The notes below the pieces were generated by a model. The model was given only the letters and a program-made list of their open reading frames with translations. It did no database searches and had not been told where the DNA came from. A stretch of DNA of 64,000 nucleotides, from positions 13,888,001 to 13,952,000 of the forward strand of contig CAIIXF020000001.1 in assembly GCA_903813345.2 (NCBI GenBank), in the 5' to 3' direction. This document shows, piece by piece, positions 61,001 through 64,000 of this stretch. Source of the stretch: Owenia fusiformis. Lineage: Eukaryota. Every line of letters begins with the position of its first letter. The stretch's first letter is position 1. Made by a program: the position numbers and the translations under genes.

Positions 61001-63886
61001 AATGCAAAACAAGCAAAAGTTACCCAGAAGAAGTACTACGATGAAAAGAGTAGAAATATTAGCTTCAAACCAGGAGATGATGTTTTACTCCTACTACCAT
61101 CAAGTGAAAACAAACTTGAAGCACAGTGGCAAGGCCCTTATAAAGTAGTAAGAAGACATGGTAAAGTCAATTATGAGATTGAGCTCTTCAATGGAAAGAT
61201 GAAGATATACCATGTCAACTTACTGAGAAAATACCTAGACAGAAGAGACTATTGTTTTATGGCGGCAACTGATGAGGAAGACAGTGATGTAGAGGAAATT
61301 ATGAATCTTCCTACCTACAGTCTACACAGTACAGTTAGCTCTGATGGCAATGTGACTAGTGATTGTAATATCAACCCAGAGTTGACTACTAACCAGACAA
61401 AACAGATCAAGAAGCTATTAGGCAGTTTTAGTGATGTTCTCTCAAACAAGCCAGGAAGAACAAGCCTGATAAAACATAATGTGGACACAGGAGATAATAT
61501 ACCACGTAAGCAGCCAAGCTATAGAATACCTCAAAGTCAGATGAAAGTCGTCAAAGAGGAATTAGATACAATGTTGAAGGAAGGATACATAGAGCCCTCT
61601 AGAAGTGAGTGGATCTCTAACATAGTATTAATTCCAAAGAAAGATAATACTATGCGTTTTTGCATCGATTTTAGATATCTAAATAGCGTCTCCCGATTTG
61701 ATCTTTACATGATGCCAAGGATTGATGCCATTTTAGATAGATTGCATAAGGCACAATGGATTACTGTGATCGATTTATGTAGGGGCTTTTGGCAAATATC
61801 TCTTACAGATGATTCTAAAGAGAAGTGTGCATTCAGAACACCATGGGGAATCTACCAATTTGTTGTAATGCCGTTTGGTTTACATGGAGCTCCTGCCACT
61901 TTCCAAAGAATGGTTGATGAGATGATCAGAGGATTAGAAGACCATGTAGCAGCTTACATCGACGACATAATCATCTATAGTGAGACTTATGAAGGTCACA
62001 TGAAGCACGTAGAAGAACTGCTGAACAGACTACGTCTGAATAATCTTACTGCAAAGCCTTCAAAGTGCCAGTTTGCATTTCAAGAAGTAGTATATTGTGG
62101 CCATATGGTTGGAAAAGGTGTTGTTTCACTAAAGCCAAGTGCCATAGATGCAATCAAGAATTTTGACAAGCCAGAAACAAAAGAGTTACTGAAGACCTAT
62201 TTAGGTATGACAGGCTACTATCGCCGTTTTATAAAGGATTATGCAACCAAGGCATACAACTTAACAGAACTGACCAGAAATCAAGCACCAAAGAAAATAT
62301 TTTGGGAAGATAAGTCAGATGAAGCTTTCTACAAACTCAAAGAATACCTTTGCAAATACCCAATACTTCGAAGCCCAGATTTTGACCTACAGTTTCTAGT
62401 CATCACTGATGCAAGTGCCTATGGTATTAGTGGCATACTGAGTCAGAACTTCGAGGATGGAGAGCATCCCATCATGTATTTGAGTAGGAAAATGTTACCA
62501 AGAGAAAGAAATTACTCTGTAATTGAGAAAGAATGCTTGGCGATGAAATGGTCTATAGAGAAGTTGAGTTACTACTTGCTAGGAAGAGTCTTCAAAGTCA
62601 TTACTGACCACAATCCTTTGGTATGGTTGCATAACATGAAGAATACAAACCCAAGATTGATGCGTTGGGCACTCGCTCTACAGCAGTACAATTTTACAGT
62701 GGTGCATAGACCTGGATCAGCTAATAAAAACGCTGATGCATTGTCAAGACTATGAGATGATAAACTGTTAGAAACTTGTATATAGATAAACATTTTAACA
62801 AAATTTGTTAGGGAAAAGCCATCCCTAATAGGACTTTATATAAGAAATAGAGATACGAAGATGTGACTGTTTTACTGAGATGGAAAAATTTAAAGAGCAA
62901 AAACAGTCAAGAAAAGGGGGAAGATGTGATATAGTAAGATTAAAAGTGAATTGAAATATAGATGGCATGCTAACAATAACATTAAAAGTAGATTGAAGAT
63001 AGATGGCATGCCAGTTTTTACCCAGAAAAGTCAGTTGACAAGAAGTGGCCATATATGAGACATGTAATAATTAGTAGCAGAGAGAGGAAATAAAGAAATC
63101 GAAAGACCTAAAGGACAATAGCGACAATAACCGATAGATATAGTAGTAAGTAACATATTCACAGTTATATTCTACATTTTCATGAATAGTTCACAAATAA
63201 TACATATGATTTGCATGATTATATCTTTATCGACACATCCAATGAGTCGTAAATGATGATGTCATAATGTCAGTATCTAGGTACAATATACTAGTTTTCT
63301 TACCTTGGAGTTTTGTAGTTGGCTTTTAATCCAATCGAGCTGCCTGCGGTCCCTACGTCTAGATAAAGGAGTGGTGTCCATCATAATGAACAACACAGAC
63401 TTTCTGCCTACTTTCTTAGTAATTGAGTAATAATTTGTTGGAAGATACCATCTAGAGTTCACCTTGCTATAGGCAACCTTTAACAGTTGTGTAATTATGT
63501 AATTATTCATCTTTGAATAATTTTTGCAAGGTATCAGTAATCTATAGGCCAAGAGTTAGTCATGTGACATATTAGACATGATATATTATGCTATGGTTCA
63601 TTGGCAGAGCCAAGGTTACCACTATCGCTTGGGTCGATTCGCTTGATTCCCGGTTCAGATAAATTTGTTTGTGCATTAAGTATTTCTGGGTGTTTGACGG
63701 AGTGGTCAAGACATGCCAGCCAGGTGTTAGTAACTTATAATTTGTGAATAATTATCTTTACTTACTTCATTCTTGGCATTGTCACGGTGATGGTCATGGT
63801 TGCCTAGGGTGATATACCAGGTTTTCTGGAGGGACCTGGCTGTGTAGACATCCTTCCACTTCTTATCAAACTGAGGATCTTTGACA
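55098..63886 (-). CDS. Purple/tartrate-resistant acid phosphatase (ACP5-like metallophosphoesterase), 5' exons outside the window
   Basis: Exons 63886-63766 (WYITLGNHDH), 63477-63304 (RWYLPTNYY...MMDT), 56204-55988 (IMAGHHPVFSTGSHG...YLAGHDHNYE), 55802-55744, 55232-55098 (YGFCGVEL...TAG); phases compatible; GNHD, GHH and GHDH metal-ligand motifs. Confidence 0.88.
56337..56575 (+). repeat. 5' LTR
   Basis: TGTGATATAG...ATATTCACA, identical to the 3' LTR, followed directly by the PBS. Confidence 0.95.
57824..59671 (+). CDS. gag: Gag-protease of the Gmr1-like element (SCAN-like capsid, three CCHC knuckles, aspartic protease, acidic repeat)
   Basis: 615-aa ORF; LIVKEQLISTFPSDVQIWV (SCAN-like); CFKCGVRGHHSASC, CTKCNNLGHVISNC, CENCNMFGHVTSRC; LIDTGS. 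Confidence 0.92.
   Translation: MDTRSTKAEDRKKTGMAESKDNTKPTQADDDQYYDDFDHGVETKPTQRDPEFGPQQGGDSTMMMRFMMEMFDKMEHSRMQLEERRVREQQEYREENRRLIEEIRHEKKQEEKRPKDPYITKLKDGDDIEDFLTVFERTAKMCNWKKEHWTLKLAPSLSGKAQAAYVSLNAVDAIDYDTVKETILKRYAINQESYRTRFRNLHRSNDEGIKPFAIRLTDAFDKWSKDAVTRDQLKDLIVKEQLISTFPSDVQIWVRQHDSKTTDEVVHLADNYIEARKSQKEDVEKAEAKSKFKKFGNKTNPKKNKDDEEKRSDTSESKEDYYKKVKETSRCFKCGVRGHHSASCQSGKEIMKCTKCNNLGHVISNCSTDMSLKCENCNMFGHVTSRCRRQGKQSFLCKAKSDIFSQYSNSDDGTVQGMLNDKEVTLLIDTGSCKTIIHKDLVQPEDILTNDKVMMTCVHGDQESYPTTKVKFAIGDDVYQVKAVVSDSVPTPVLLGQDILKRLDRDKMNKYIYKKINPVPAYVTTRQQWKQQLRDDADEEHEVENSGVKLVGQHDENDVQEDDVPIKEDEDYPKEDDVLTEDDEDNPKEDEVLTEDDENKSNEDDVLTEDDGNIP
59672..62755 (+). CDS. pol: Pol (integrase, then RT, then RNase H), same frame as gag beyond one TGA
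   Basis: HHCC zinc motif, DIVGP/SDQG/ERFN catalytic triad and GPY module, then RT (MPFGL...YIDD) and RNase H (TDAS); the frame is open from 59672 although the ORF track starts at 59831. Confidence 0.94.
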   Translation, partial: DAILSEVDENDPVDDVLIEDDENNSKEDDINTIGKCKLKDDIRGHKPVPVVHNVTRNECQTKDDVTFPFSFDETVFLPKSSDKLYKTKSQRRATKQKHANVNLNKECELDAVSPEDLKELQSNDPSLRDVRMKILNSTEEVRETPYFIMKDGILIRVTKNPLNEYVEQIVLPRSCRKKILQLAHDIPLSGHLGIKKTTDRILRRFFWPGIYKDIKQFCKSCDICQHTARMRVVDRAPLIPLPVVKEPFTKIGMDIVGPLPRSTKGNRFILCIGDYGTRYPEAVPLRSTDAKKIANELMILFSRVGIVKEILSDQGTNFMSKLLNEVYRLLGVKGIKSTPYHQQTDGQVERFNGTLINMLKKFVVAEPKLWDVYLPYVLFAYREVPNESTGFSPFELLYGRDVRGPLDVLKETWTAKEDTPQTVVDYVLKMRDKLSNLQILAEENAKQAKVTQKKYYDEKSRNISFKPGDDVLLLLPSSENKLEAQWQGPYKVVRRHGKVNYEIELFNGKMKIYHVNLLRKYLDRRDYCFMAATDEEDSDVEEIMNLPTYSLHSTVSSDGNVTSDCNINPELTTNQTKQIKKLLGSFSDVLSNKPGRTSLIKHNVDTGDNIPRKQPSYRIPQSQMKVVKEELDTMLKEGYIEPSRSEWISNIVLIPKKDNTMRFCIDFRYLNSVSRFDLYMMPRIDAILDRLHKAQWITVIDLCRGFWQISLTDDSKEKCAFRTPWGIYQFVVMPFGLHGAPATFQRMVDEMIRGLEDHVAAYIDDIIIYSETYEGHMKHVEELLNRLRLNNLTAKPSKCQFAFQEVVYCGHMVGKGVVSLKPSAIDAIKNFDKPETKELLKTYLGMTGYYRRFIKDYATKAYNLTELTRNQAPKKIFWEDKSDEAFYKLKEYLCKYPILRSPDFDLQFLVITDASAYGISGILSQNFEDGEHPIMYLSRKMLPRERNYSVIEKECLAMKWSIEKLSYYLLGRVFKVITDHNPLVWLHNMKNTNPRLMRWALALQQYNFTVVHRPGSANKNADALSRL
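62925..63163 (+). repeat. 3' LTR
   Basis: Preceded by PPT AAGAAAAGGGGGAAGA, followed by TSD GTTAT. Confidence 0.95.
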
Positions 63887-64000
63887 CTACAATGTTGGTT
63901 TTTTTCCTTATTATAATGTTTTTGTTAGTATACCCCACTGATGCTAGACAATCCTATATTACTTAAGCCTATACCTCCACTCAGGCCCACAGCCAGCTTT

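Larger units (their letters stand above)
56337..63163 (+). mobile_element. Full-length Gmr1-like Ty3/Gypsy LTR retrotransposon
   Basis: 239-bp TG...CA LTRs at 56337-56575 and 62925-63163 that read identical; 5-bp TSD GTTAT (56332-56336, 63164-63168); PBS TGGTGGCGGCG at 56576; polypurine tract 62909-62924; domain order gag-PR-IN-RT-RH. Confidence 0.96.

Noticed and set aside
63961-64000. Possible further upstream phosphatase exon at the window edge
   Set aside because: The expected GDNFY-type motif and a convincing donor site are not visible in these 40 nt.
1-64000. Prokaryotic systems, rRNA or tRNA genes
   Set aside because: Spliceosomal exon-intron structure and animal transposons throughout; no rRNA, tRNA or operon-like sequence recognised.

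Overview
AT-rich eukaryotic (animal, probably lophotrochozoan/mollusc-like) genomic DNA, not prokaryotic. The + strand carries ten internal coding exons of VPS13B (3194-48540; both gene ends lie outside the window). One ~39 kb VPS13B intron (5354-44608) holds an antisense tandem array of five six-exon cytosolic sulfotransferase (SULT) genes of ~307 aa. Two read intact (B, E), one has a 1-nt frameshift in its last exon (C), and two have nonsense codons (A, D). Four of the five carry a hairpin-forming 30-bp minisatellite of graded length in intron 1, and a decayed DIRS/Ngaro-like retrotransposon lies between D and E. The next VPS13B intron (from 48541) holds an antisense purple/tartrate-resistant acid phosphatase (ACP5-like) gene. 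One intron of that gene contains a very young full-length Gmr1-type Ty3/Gypsy element: identical 239-bp LTRs, GTTAT TSD, integrase upstream of RT, and gag-pro joined in frame to pol through a single TGA. Also present are a ~4.1-kb CAC...GTG element with palindromic subterminal repeats and spliced cargo exons, a Crypton-like remnant, satellite-carrying Helentron-associated (HINE-like) elements and several MITEs. All calls come from manual reading; family assignments rest on recalled motifs, not database searches.
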